A stretch of DNA of 32,820 nt, taken from assembly GCA_044356625.1 (NCBI GenBank), contig JBIKVX010000001.1, positions 1 through 32,820 on the forward strand. The letters are read 5' to 3'. Each line of letters opens with the position of its first letter. Position 1 is the first letter of the stretch. The notes under the pieces are model-generated. The model did no database searches. It saw only the letters and a program-made list of their open reading frames with translations, and was not told the DNA's origin. The position numbers and the translations under genes are program-made. Below are positions 15,705 through 24,680 of this stretch, one piece after another. This stretch comes from Flavobacteriales bacterium. Its GTDB lineage: Bacteria; Bacteroidota; Bacteroidia; Flavobacteriales_D; Sanyastnellaceae.

Positions 15705-18068
15705 TTACGACTTCTTTTTGAAAGGCATCTTAAAAATTCGTTTAATTCGTTTCCAAACAGATGCCCGCTTCACCTCACTTCCATAAGAGGGTCCATATCC
15801 GTATCCCAATCCGTATCCATATCCGTAATAGCCTACTCCTCGTTGCTTCAAACCATTAAAAACCACTACCGTACGCGGAAAACGCTGCCGAAAATCGTCT
15901 GATCCCAACACCTTACGAATAGCTTCTTTCAAACTATGGTTGTGACGCACCACAAACAACGACAAATCGGCCTCTTTCACCATGAGCTCAGGATCTGAAA
16001 TGAGTCCCAGTGGAGGAGTATCTAAAATAATAAAATCGAATTCGACCCGCAAATTCACCATGAGCTTTTGAAAGCGCTCGCCCATCAACAATTCCGAAGG
16101 GTTGGGCGGAATCGGTCCCGAGGGTAACACATATAAATTCTCGTGCTCTGTGCCAAACAAGGTATCCTCTACTTGACATTTGCCAATGAGAAATGTAGAT
16201 AGGCCAATAGCATTGCTTACATCAAAGGCCTTGTGAATACGGGGCTTACGCATATCGCCCCCTATGAGCAAAGTTCTTTTACCCATCAAGGCCATAGACA
16301 AACCTAGGTTCGCTGCTATAAACGACTTCCCTTCCCCTGGGATGCTTGACGATATCAAAAGAACTTTTTCCGTTTCGTGGGTGAAATAAAACGGGAGTTT
16401 CGTTCTAATGGCACGAATGCTTTCGGCAATCACTGATCTTGAATTTTCAACAAACACCAACTCAGATTCTGCAATTTTCGTTTCAAACACTTCGCCAATA
16501 ATTGGAATTGTTAAAACATTCTCTATGTCTGAACGAAATAGGATTTTATTGTTTAAGCGTTCCTTAGCAAATATTATTGCGGCGGGAAGAAGTATTCCTA
16601 TCATTAGGCCCAGTAGCCAGATAATATTCCTCTTGGGGCTTATGGGTGAACCAATCGCAACAGCTGGCTCAATGATGCGAATGTCTGACAAGGTGCTGGC
16701 GTACGAAATGGCCGATTCTTCTCTTTTTTCCAACAAGAACGTGTAAATGGCGTTCTTAATGGCTTGCTGTCTGCTAATGTCGAACAAGGCCCTTTCCTTG
16801 CTGGGCAACCCGCTCAGTTGTTGCAAGTCCGCGTCGATTTCGCTTTGAAGCGGCTTTTTGGCTGCTAATAAATTATTCTTGATGTTTACCAAAGATACCT
16901 TTATACCGTCTCTGAGTTTCGCAATTTCAGCTTTTTGTGACAGCAGAAGGGCATCATTTTCACCCACTGTTGTTTTTCGAATAGCATAGGCCCCTTCGAG
17001 CCTAAATAACTCGGTCAGCAAATTTGCCAACAACGGTTCCGAAACACCTAACATAGAGGGGAATATCCCCTTGCCATCTGCTCCCGACACGTACTTCTCT
17101 ATTTCTTCCAACGACGAGAGTTGTATGTTTATCTGGTTGAGCGAAAGGTCTCTGCTTTTAACCGACTCTAAAAAAATCTTGCCTTGCTCACTCAAATCGA
17201 AAATACTATTGGAAATTTTATATTCTTCAATCTTCATTTCAACGAAATCCAGTTCTTTCGTAATCAGTGCCAGACGATCTTCTATAAATCCTAATGTAAA
17301 TTCAGCAATGGCTCGTTTGTCTTTGAGGCTAATCTCATTGTAACTGTCAATAATCGCTTGCAGAGTTTGTTCGGCTAATACAGAGTTGTGAGACGTAAAG
17401 GAAAGCACTATGACACTTGCGTCTTTGCTAGGTAATTCGGCCTTCAATGCAGATCCAATTGCGCTAGCTTCCGCGTTAATACCGTTAAAAATGGCAAAAA
17501 AATCTTTTCCGTTTAAATAACCCAACCGGGTTTCGTCTAATTCAATTAACACCGGAGATCCCAGACCCAATTCTAAAACCACACTGTCTTGCAAGACAAA
17601 TTCACCCTTATTACTTTTCATCACGTTTCCTTCCATAAGAAATTCAATGGAACCCTCTTTCAGACTATCGGGGTTAAGAGGCGTGAACTGAATTGCAAAG
17701 TTGTTTTTGAGGATATCCCTTACATTTCCTTTGTCGTATACCTTCACATAACTTCTGCTTTTCCGAGCGGCCTGGCGCAAAACGGGTACTGAACGAACAA
17801 CTTCCATTTCGTTCTCGACATTTGTTTTCGACCCAAACAAGTCTAATTGACTGATCATAGAATTTTTTGGCCCAAAGCCGGTCTTCGAATCGTCTTTGAT
17901 TAAGATTTTAGCACTGGCCTGATAAGTGGGATTTGCATAGCGAAGGTATAGAAATGTTGCAGAAAGGCTTAGTGATAAAAACAATACAAACAGCGGCCAA
18001 TAGGCCAAAAACATTTGCTTTACCTCTAAAATCAAATTAATATCCTTCTGTTCTCTTTCGTTTTCCAT
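15705..18068 (-). CDS. wzc: Wzc-like polysaccharide co-polymerase / BY-kinase (chain-length determinant plus tyrosine autokinase)
   Basis: Two TM segments flank a large coiled-coil periplasmic domain. Walker A is SSSIPGEGKS, Walker A'/B are IILDTPP. A Tyr cluster GYYGYGYGLGYGYGPSYGS lies near the C-terminus. The track start is TTG 18074; ATG at 18068 (MENEREQ...) is preferred. Confidence 0.9.
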   Translation of the reverse strand: MENEREQKDINLILEVKQMFLAYWPLFVLFLSLSLSATFLYLRYANPTYQASAKILIKDDSKTGFGPKNSMISQLDLFGSKTNVENEMEVVRSVPVLRQAARKSRSYVKVYDKGNVRDILKNNFAIQFTPLNPDSLKEGSIEFLMEGNVMKSNKGEFVLQDSVVLELGLGSPVLIELDETRLGYLNGKDFFAIFNGINAEASAIGSALKAELPSKDASVIVLSFTSHNSVLAEQTLQAIIDSYNEISLKDKRAIAEFTLGFIEDRLALITKELDFVEMKIEEYKISNSIFDLSEQGKIFLESVKSRDLSLNQINIQLSSLEEIEKYVSGADGKGIFPSMLGVSEPLLANLLTELFRLEGAYAIRKTTVGENDALLLSQKAEIAKLRDGIKVSLVNIKNNLLAAKKPLQSEIDADLQQLSGLPSKERALFDISRQQAIKNAIYTFLLEKREESAISYASTLSDIRIIEPAVAIGSPISPKRNIIWLLGLMIGILLPAAIIFAKERLNNKILFRSDIENVLTIPIIGEVFETKIAESELVFVENSRSVIAESIRAIRTKLPFYFTHETEKVLLISSSIPGEGKSFIAANLGLSMALMGKRTLLIGGDMRKPRIHKAFDVSNAIGLSTFLIGKCQVEDTLFGTEHENLYVLPSGPIPPNPSELLMGERFQKLMVNLRVEFDFIILDTPPLGLISDPELMVKEADLSLFVVRHNHSLKEAIRKVLGSDDFRQRFPRTVVVFNGLKQRGVGYYGYGYGLGYGYGPSYGSEVKRASVWKRIKRIFKMPFKKKS

Positions 18069-18084
18069 AATCAAGGAGTGACTT

Positions 18085-18870
18085 TTAGTTTTTTAAATTG
18101 TTTAAAACCAAAATAAGCAAGGTAACCGAGCTAGTTACCGTTGGCCACACTTGGAAAAAAGTACTGCTTTGGTTCACGCGTGTGCGGTTCGGTTCTACAT
18201 ACAAAACGTCACCATTTTTCAAGTAAAAATTGGAATCTGTTAAAATGGATTTATCATTCAGATTCAATCGCGTAGTGGTGCGTTTTCCCTGGCTTTCACG
18301 AATTAATAAAACTGACTCGCGTTTTCCAAAAATAGTCAAATCGCCCGCCATTGAAAGAACTTGTAATACGGAACATCTGTCATACGGGATATTGAAAATT
18401 CCAGGTCTATTGACCTCCCCCAAAACTGAAATACGAAAGTTCACCTGTCTTACGTTTACCACTGCATTTTTCAGGAGGGGCGCTAAATCTCTTTCAAGCA
18501 ATTCTTGAATTTGAGTTGTGCTCAACCCAATGACTTTTACATTTCCCAATTGCGGAAAAGCGATGTCTCCGTTGCTATCTACCAAATATCCTAAAACAAT
18601 ATTACTCGAGGAGCTACCATTGATAGCCGCCATAGTTGATCCACCGGCATTTGAACTGTTGAAAAGCACTGTTAGTTCAGGGCTTGAAGAAGAAACCACA
18701 ATACTCAATTGATCCCCAGGAAGGATGTTTAGCATTGTTGCGGAACTATCTGCTGCAGAAACCGCAAACTCTTCGTTGCCAACATTCGAAAAATAATAGT
18801 AATCTTCTACTCGCGCACAAGAACTGAAGACAAACAAACCTAAAACGAGAACCCATAACTTAGCTTTCAT
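18085..18870 (-). CDS. wza: Wza-like polysaccharide export outer-membrane lipoprotein
   Basis: Lipoprotein signal MKAKLWVLVLGLFVFSSC (start at ATG 18870 rather than track GTG 18900). Poly_export motif ILPGDQLSIVV, followed by an SLBB-like region. Confidence 0.85.
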   Translation of the reverse strand: MKAKLWVLVLGLFVFSSCARVEDYYYFSNVGNEEFAVSAADSSATMLNILPGDQLSIVVSSSSPELTVLFNSSNAGGSTMAAINGSSSSNIVLGYLVDSNGDIAFPQLGNVKVIGLSTTQIQELLERDLAPLLKNAVVNVRQVNFRISVLGEVNRPGIFNIPYDRCSVLQVLSMAGDLTIFGKRESVLLIRESQGKRTTTRLNLNDKSILTDSNFYLKNGDVLYVEPNRTRVNQSSTFFQVWPTVTSSVTLLILVLNNLKN

Positions 18871-18942
18871 GTCTAAAAGATTAGGGTGTAAAGTTACCAC
18901 TTAAATTAGGAACTAAATAAACTTCATATTACGCTTTAAGCG

Positions 18943-20232
18943 TCACAATCGATCGTCTACATGCTGCGCAGGTAACATGCCTTTAACATCATAGATAACG
19001 CAATGGTCATTGGTTTGAATATTCAGACTAGAGAATTCGCTATGGGCTACCCCTAGAATTACACCTTGATAGCTTGCGAGATCTATGTCATTCACATTTC
19101 CTACTAAATCAAAACCAAACTCAGCCGACACTTCGCTATTAATTGCCCATGGGTCTAGAATATCCACTCTACAACCGAATTCGAGCAATTCGGCTCGAAT
19201 GTCTACAATTTTCGTGTTTCGAATATCGGGGCAATTTTCTTTAAAGGTTATGCCCAAAATTAATATTCGAGCATTTTTAATTTGAATTCCCTTTGCAATC
19301 AGTAATTTAACTAATTTATTTGCTACAAAAGCACCCATTCCGTCGTTAACCCTTCTTCCTGAGAGAATAACCGCTGGGTGATAACCCGCTTGCTCAGCCT
19401 TGTATGCCAAATAATAGGGGTCTACGCCTATGCAATGTCCACCCACCAAACCGGGCTTGTACTTTAAGAAATTCCATTTCGTGCCGGCCGCCGCTAAAAC
19501 TTCGTGTGTATCTATTCCTAATCGGTCAAAAATAAGAGCCAATTCATTCACGAAAGAGATGTTGACATCGCGTTGGGCATTTTCAATGGCCTTAGAGGCC
19601 TCTGCGACTTTCAATGAGGAAGCCTTGAACGTGCCTGCTGTAATAATGCTCTTGTACAACTGATCTATAACTTCAGCGATATCGGGTGTACTTCCGCTCG
19701 TTACCTTTTGAATTTTTGTCAACGTATTTATCTTATCGCCGGGATTAATTCGCTCCGGTGAGTAGCCACAATAAAAATCTTTGTTGAATATCAAATTCGA
19801 TTCTTTTTCGAGCACAGGCACACAATCTTCTTCAGTGCAACCTGGGTAGGTTGTACTTTCGTAAATTACGATATCGCCTTTTTTTAATACTCGTCCAATC
19901 ATTTTAGAAGCAGAAAGGAGTGGTCCCAAATCTGGACGTTTGCTATCGTCTATCGGTGTTGGAACAGTTACAATATAGATGTTAGCATCAATTAACGCCG
20001 ACTGCTCTGCGCTTAAAAACAATCCATTTAACGAATCGCTCTTTTCCTTCAAAACTTGCAGAAGTTCGTCTTCACTCGTTTCTCGGGTCGCGTCATTGCC
20101 TTGGGTTAAATCTTGAATGCGCTTTTGGTTAATATCGAATCCAATTACTGCGTATTTCTTTGCAAATTCCACGGCCAAAGGCAAACCAACGTATCCTAAT
20201 CCAATGATTGCCAATTTCTTTTCTGAGAACAT
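18943..20232 (-). CDS. UDP-N-acetylhexosamine 6-dehydrogenase (TviB/WbpO/Cap5O-type nucleotide-sugar dehydrogenase)
   Basis: LAIIGLGYVGLPLAVEF, YESTTYPGCTEE, GYSPERINPGDK, GLVGGHCIGVDPYY (catalytic Cys), FKENCPDIRNT. By recollection it resembles TviB-type enzymes closely along its length. Confidence 0.88.
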   Translation of the reverse strand: MFSEKKLAIIGLGYVGLPLAVEFAKKYAVIGFDINQKRIQDLTQGNDATRETSEDELLQVLKEKSDSLNGLFLSAEQSALIDANIYIVTVPTPIDDSKRPDLGPLLSASKMIGRVLKKGDIVIYESTTYPGCTEEDCVPVLEKESNLIFNKDFYCGYSPERINPGDKINTLTKIQKVTSGSTPDIAEVIDQLYKSIITAGTFKASSLKVAEASKAIENAQRDVNISFVNELALIFDRLGIDTHEVLAAAGTKWNFLKYKPGLVGGHCIGVDPYYLAYKAEQAGYHPAVILSGRRVNDGMGAFVANKLVKLLIAKGIQIKNARILILGITFKENCPDIRNTKIVDIRAELLEFGCRVDILDPWAINSEVSAEFGFDLVGNVNDIDLASYQGVILGVAHSEFSSLNIQTNDHCVIYDVKGMLPAQHVDDRL

Positions 20233-20318
20233 AATTAACTTTTAAGCGAAGATACGAATAGACCAAACATTGTTAAGAAAAGAAGGATGAACTTCGTAAT
20301 TGGAAAACCTTTGGTTTT

Positions 20319-20360
20319 ATTCCTACTTCGTAATTCCTATTTCATAATTCCTACTTTGTA
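20319..20360. repeat. Three tandem 14-bp repeats ATTCCTAYTTYRTA upstream of the dehydrogenase/EPS operon
   Basis: attcctacttcgta (20319-20332), attcctatttcata (20333-20346), attcctactttgta (20347-20360). A partial copy cttcgtaatt lies at 20292-20301. Confidence 0.8.
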
Positions 20361-20427
20361 ATTAGAAACGTCGCAGGCCCTCGTCCACAGGACCCTCGCA
20401 ACGACAGTTGCCCTCGTCTAAAAGACC

Positions 20428-21903
20428 CTATTTCTTTAGTGAAATGCGAAAAACTGTCCCTTCCCCAGCCGTGCTCGAAAGCACGTAGATCGCGCCTTTA
20501 TGATAATTCTTCACAATGCGCTTGGCAAGTGAAAGACCTAGGCCCCATCCTCGCAGCTTAGTGGTGTAGCCAGGTTCGAAGATGGTTTTCCATTTGCGTT
20601 TTGGGATGCCCTTGCCGCTGTCTTTGACGTCTATGTATACTTTGCCGTTGGCCTCGTGAATAGAGACGGTTAATTGTCCCTTTGCGTCCATAGCGTCTAC
20701 GCTGTTCTTCACGAGGTTTTCAATGACCCAACTGAACAAGGAGACGTTCACGTGAACAATAGGATTGCCGTCTGACTTCACTTCAATGTTTACCTCAGAA
20801 GAAATACGAACGCGCAAGTAGTCCAAAATTTCTTCCACCAAGTCCTTCGCGCCAATGGGTGCCAATGCCGCTTCAGACCCGATTTTCGAGAAGCGTTCGG
20901 TAATGGTAGAAAGACGATCAATGTCTTTGTTGAACTCTTCAATCAACGGCTTTGAAACGCCTTGATCTTCGAACAAATCTCGCCACGCCATAAGCGCAGA
21001 AAGCGGAGTACCCAACTGATGCGCGGTTTCTTTCGCCATTCCTACCCAAACCAAGTTTTGTTCAGATCTTCTGAACGTAGAAAACATGACATATGCCACA
21101 ACCAAAAACACCCCGATTAAAGAGAGCTGCAAATACGGAAACAACTTCAGCTGCTGAATGGTAGCAGAGTCGTCGTAGAAAATATATTGCGTAGAACGCC
21201 CTGGGATTTTAATTTCAATGGGTTCATAGCCTTCCTTCATTTCAGCCAAGACCTGATTCACATTGCATTTCAGCGTGTCTATCTTTCCAACCTGAACCAC
21301 ATTCATCTTCGTGCTGTCGGTGACAATTACAGGAACAGAAGCCGTATTGATCACCGTTTCATTGAAAAATGAAGAAACCAAATCATCAATGGTTTGCTTC
21401 AACTCTTTGTACATGTAGCTGTTGCTGTAATACACTATGATATTTGCATCTGGAAAAGGAATTGGCGGATACTCTTTCGCGAACTGAAGACGTAATTCCT
21501 CAAGACGAACAGGATCTTTTTTGATGGCTGTATCGATATTACCCGCAAGCTGAAGTTCATTCTCCTTATTGAAAATCAATATGGGAATGGTCGTGTTGAG
21601 AGATAGAACATCCGCCTCAAAAGTTAAATCTCCTTGGGGTATAGCAATACTTTTCATGGCTCTTCCCAAGATTTCGGCTTTTCGGGTCTCTTCGGAACGA
21701 AGACTGTCGAACAACACTTGCGTGAGTTTCACCAATTCTTCCTTCTTGCGAATGGCACTGTGCCACAACTCTACCTTCGCTTTTTCTTCATCGCGAATGC
21801 GACGCGCAATGCCGTTGGTGTACCACAAGGTAACGCCCGCAATGGCCGCTGCTAAAAGCAACAAGACCACCTTCCACCGTTGTTTATTTTGCAGTACTGC
21901 CAT
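20428..21903 (-). CDS. Sensor histidine kinase (two TM segments, large extracytoplasmic domain, HisKA plus HATPase_c); no cognate response regulator in the window
   Basis: H-box AKETAHQLGTPLSALMAW, N-box ENLVKNSVDAM, G1 VKDSGKGI, G2 GWGLGLSLAKR. TM1 is near residues 12-30 and TM2 is LSLIGVFLVVAYVMF. Confidence 0.85.
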   Translation of the reverse strand: MAVLQNKQRWKVVLLLLAAAIAGVTLWYTNGIARRIRDEEKAKVELWHSAIRKKEELVKLTQVLFDSLRSEETRKAEILGRAMKSIAIPQGDLTFEADVLSLNTTIPILIFNKENELQLAGNIDTAIKKDPVRLEELRLQFAKEYPPIPFPDANIIVYYSNSYMYKELKQTIDDLVSSFFNETVINTASVPVIVTDSTKMNVVQVGKIDTLKCNVNQVLAEMKEGYEPIEIKIPGRSTQYIFYDDSATIQQLKLFPYLQLSLIGVFLVVAYVMFSTFRRSEQNLVWVGMAKETAHQLGTPLSALMAWRDLFEDQGVSKPLIEEFNKDIDRLSTITERFSKIGSEAALAPIGAKDLVEEILDYLRVRISSEVNIEVKSDGNPIVHVNVSLFSWVIENLVKNSVDAMDAKGQLTVSIHEANGKVYIDVKDSGKGIPKRKWKTIFEPGYTTKLRGWGLGLSLAKRIVKNYHKGAIYVLSSTAGEGTVFRISLKK

Positions 21904-21912
21904 GACTTCTTG

Positions 21913-23988
21913 TTATACTTTGTGAGCGAGATCTAGCAAAAAGGCGTATTCAAGCGCTACTTCCTTCAACGCTTCAAAACGCCCAGACTTGCCGCCGTGT
22001 CCGGCTTCCATGGTGCACTTGAAGAACAATTTATTCGAATCTGTCTTCATGTCGCGCAACTTCGCCACGTATTTCGCGGGCTCCCAATATTGCACCTGAC
22101 TGTCCCAATAACCTGTGGTTACCAAGGTATGCGGATAGTCTTTCGCTTCAATGTTATCGATGGGCGAATAGCTGAGCATATAGTCGTAATATTCTTTGTC
22201 CTTTGGATTTCCCCACTCGTCGAATTCGAAAGTGGTGAGTGGAATGCTTTCGTCTAACATGGTTGTTACAACATCCACAAACGGCACTGCGCTTATGATT
22301 CCGTTGAATAGTGCTGGTGCTATGTTGGCAACAGCACCCATGAGCAAACCGCCTGCGCTTCCGCCCATAGCGAATAAGTGATTGCTCGCAGTGTAGTTTT
22401 CTTTCACCAAAAATTCTCCACACGCAATGAAGTCGGTGAAGGTATTTCGCTTCTTCAATAATTTTCCGTCTTCGTACCAGTTGCGGCCCATGTCGCTTCC
22501 TCCACGAATGTGTGCAATGGCAAAAACAAATCCTCTGTTTAACAACGAAAGTCTTGAACTACTGAATCCTGCATCTATGCTGTGTCCATAGCTTCCGTAA
22601 GCATACAGCAAACAAGGTGCGCTGCCGTTTCGCTCGAATCCTTTTTTGTACACCAATGAAATGGGAACCTTCACGCCGTCTTGTGCCGTTGCAAAAATGC
22701 GCTCACTCATGTAATCGCTCGCATTGAATTCACCCAAAACAGGCTGCTGTTTTTTCAATTCACGCTCACGTGTTTTCATATTATAATCGAACACGCTTCC
22801 AGGTGTTGTCATGGATGAATATCCGAATCGAAGCGTCTCTGTATCGAATTCCGGATTTGCTCCCACTCCCGCGCTGTACGTAGGATCTAGAAACTCGAGG
22901 TAGTGCTCTTCTGCCTTGTCCCAACGAGTAACGCGAATGTGGGCCAACCCTTCCGTGCGCTCTTCCAATACCAAATATTCTTTGAACATTTCAACCGATT
23001 CCAACAGCGTGTTTTCGCGATGCGGAATCACTTCTTCCCAACTTTCTTTTTCGGTTGAATGAATGGGGCTCGACATCAATCTAAAGTTCTTCGCCTCTAA
23101 ATTCGTGAGGACGTAAAACTTGTCTTCGTAATGTGTGATGCTGTATTCCAAGTCGCGTTCACGCTTTTGAAAGAGACGAAACTCTCCTTTCGGATTGTTA
23201 GACTCGAGCACGCGGTATTCGTCTGAAACCGTTTGAGAACTTCCAATCATTAAGAATTTCTTTGTTTTCGTTTTGAAAACGAAGCACGAAAATTCTTCAT
23301 CCTTTTCTTCAAAAACCAAGACATCTGTAGACGGGTCGGTTCCTAATTCATGTCGCCACACCTGACAATCGCGCAGGGTTTGCGGGTCTTTCTTCGTGTA
23401 GAAAAAATGCAAATTATCTGAAGCCCATGTCGCAGAACCCGAGGTTCCTTCAATGACTTCGTTGAACATTTCTCCCGTTTCTAAATCGCGTACATGAAGT
23501 GTATAGACTCTTCGGCTTACTTCATCTGTTCCGTAAACCATGAAGCGGTTGTTCTCTGAAATACTTAATCCGCCTAGCGCCCAGTAGTCTTTTCCTTTCC
23601 CCATTTCCGGACCATTGATGAGAATTTCTTCTTCACCCGTTTCCATGCTGTCTTTCTTTCGGCAGTTGTAAGCGTAGTCTTGTCCAATTTCAAAACGCGT
23701 GTAATACCAATATCCGTTTTGCTTCACTGGAACAGAGGAATCGTCTTCTTTAATACGACCCTTCATCTCTTCGAACAAATGCTTTTGCAATTCTTCGGTG
23801 TGCTTCATTCCGGCATTAACGTGGTCATTCTCTTCTTTGAGGTAAGCCAAGACATCTGCAGTTTGCTCGTCAGGTGTAGCCGCATTTTTCTGTTCGTCTG
23901 AAAGACGCATCCAGTAGTAGTTGTCGACACGGGTGTGTCCGTGATCTACCAGTTCTTTCGCTATTTTCTTTGCACGTGGATCGTTCAT
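21913..23988 (-). CDS. ptrB: Oligopeptidase B / prolyl oligopeptidase family S9A serine peptidase
   Basis: 691 aa with an N-terminal beta-propeller region. Catalytic Ser motif GGSAGGLLMG; C-terminal EAGHGG (His). Confidence 0.88.
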   Translation of the reverse strand: MNDPRAKKIAKELVDHGHTRVDNYYWMRLSDEQKNAATPDEQTADVLAYLKEENDHVNAGMKHTEELQKHLFEEMKGRIKEDDSSVPVKQNGYWYYTRFEIGQDYAYNCRKKDSMETGEEEILINGPEMGKGKDYWALGGLSISENNRFMVYGTDEVSRRVYTLHVRDLETGEMFNEVIEGTSGSATWASDNLHFFYTKKDPQTLRDCQVWRHELGTDPSTDVLVFEEKDEEFSCFVFKTKTKKFLMIGSSQTVSDEYRVLESNNPKGEFRLFQKRERDLEYSITHYEDKFYVLTNLEAKNFRLMSSPIHSTEKESWEEVIPHRENTLLESVEMFKEYLVLEERTEGLAHIRVTRWDKAEEHYLEFLDPTYSAGVGANPEFDTETLRFGYSSMTTPGSVFDYNMKTRERELKKQQPVLGEFNASDYMSERIFATAQDGVKVPISLVYKKGFERNGSAPCLLYAYGSYGHSIDAGFSSSRLSLLNRGFVFAIAHIRGGSDMGRNWYEDGKLLKKRNTFTDFIACGEFLVKENYTASNHLFAMGGSAGGLLMGAVANIAPALFNGIISAVPFVDVVTTMLDESIPLTTFEFDEWGNPKDKEYYDYMLSYSPIDNIEAKDYPHTLVTTGYWDSQVQYWEPAKYVAKLRDMKTDSNKLFFKCTMEAGHGGKSGRFEALKEVALEYAFLLDLAHKV

Positions 23989-24677
23989 TTTTTTTCTGAA
24001 TTTGCGGTTAATGCCTCACCAACAATTAGGTCGATGGGCGAAGTGATTTTAATATTTTCAAGATTTCCTTCCACCAAAAAAACCGAATGATCGTTCGCCT
24101 CTACTACAGAAGCGTCGTCGGTAAATAATGGGCTGAAGGGCTTGTTGTAGGCTTCTTTCAAAACAGATGCACGAAAACACTGAGGGGTTTGAATGCGTTT
24201 GTACAACGAACGATCGACGCTCTTATTCTCTGCACCATGCACTTCACGAATGGAATCGTTGATAGGAATGGCGGGTACTACAGCGTTGTGATCGTGCAAT
24301 GCGTTGAAGCACCGCGTAAGTGTTTCGTGCGAAACGAGTGGACGCACAGCGTCGTGCACTGCTACACAATTCACGCTTTCAGAAAGTGCATTCAATCCGT
24401 TTTTCACGCTGTGAAAACGTTCTTCTCCGCCAGCTACTACGGCATGTTCAGGAACGTTTTCGTATTGAAGACACAAGTCCTTCCAAAATGAAATATAGTC
24501 GTGATGCATAACCACAACCATTTCAAAATTTCGATTGAATGAAAAGAAATTTCGAAGTGTATGAATAAGAATGGGCGTGCTGTTCAGCGTAAGAAATTGT
24601 TTCGGAAGGGCGCTTCCCATGCGGGTTCCGGTTCCGCCTGCGACAAAGATGACAGCATGATTTTCAGTGGCTTCCAT
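23985..24677 (-). CDS. ispD: 2-C-methyl-D-erythritol 4-phosphate cytidylyltransferase
   Basis: VIFVAGGTGTRMGSALPKQFL, GGEERFHSVKNGL, VHDAVRP, QTPQCF, TDDASVVE, NIKITSPIDL are canonical IspD motifs. It overlaps ptrB in an ATGA junction. Confidence 0.9.
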   Translation of the reverse strand: MEATENHAVIFVAGGTGTRMGSALPKQFLTLNSTPILIHTLRNFFSFNRNFEMVVVMHHDYISFWKDLCLQYENVPEHAVVAGGEERFHSVKNGLNALSESVNCVAVHDAVRPLVSHETLTRCFNALHDHNAVVPAIPINDSIREVHGAENKSVDRSLYKRIQTPQCFRASVLKEAYNKPFSPLFTDDASVVEANDHSVFLVEGNLENIKITSPIDLIVGEALTANSEKK

Positions 24678-24680
24678 GCG

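Noticed and set aside
23985-24677. IspD-like gene as the CMP-nonulosonate synthetase partner of the adjacent NeuB homologue
   Set aside because: The protein carries the full canonical IspD motif set (PKQF, GGxERxxSVxNGL, VHDAVRP, QTPQ, TDDAS). CMP-sialic acid/KDO synthetases belong to a different cytidylyltransferase family. Adjacency alone is insufficient.
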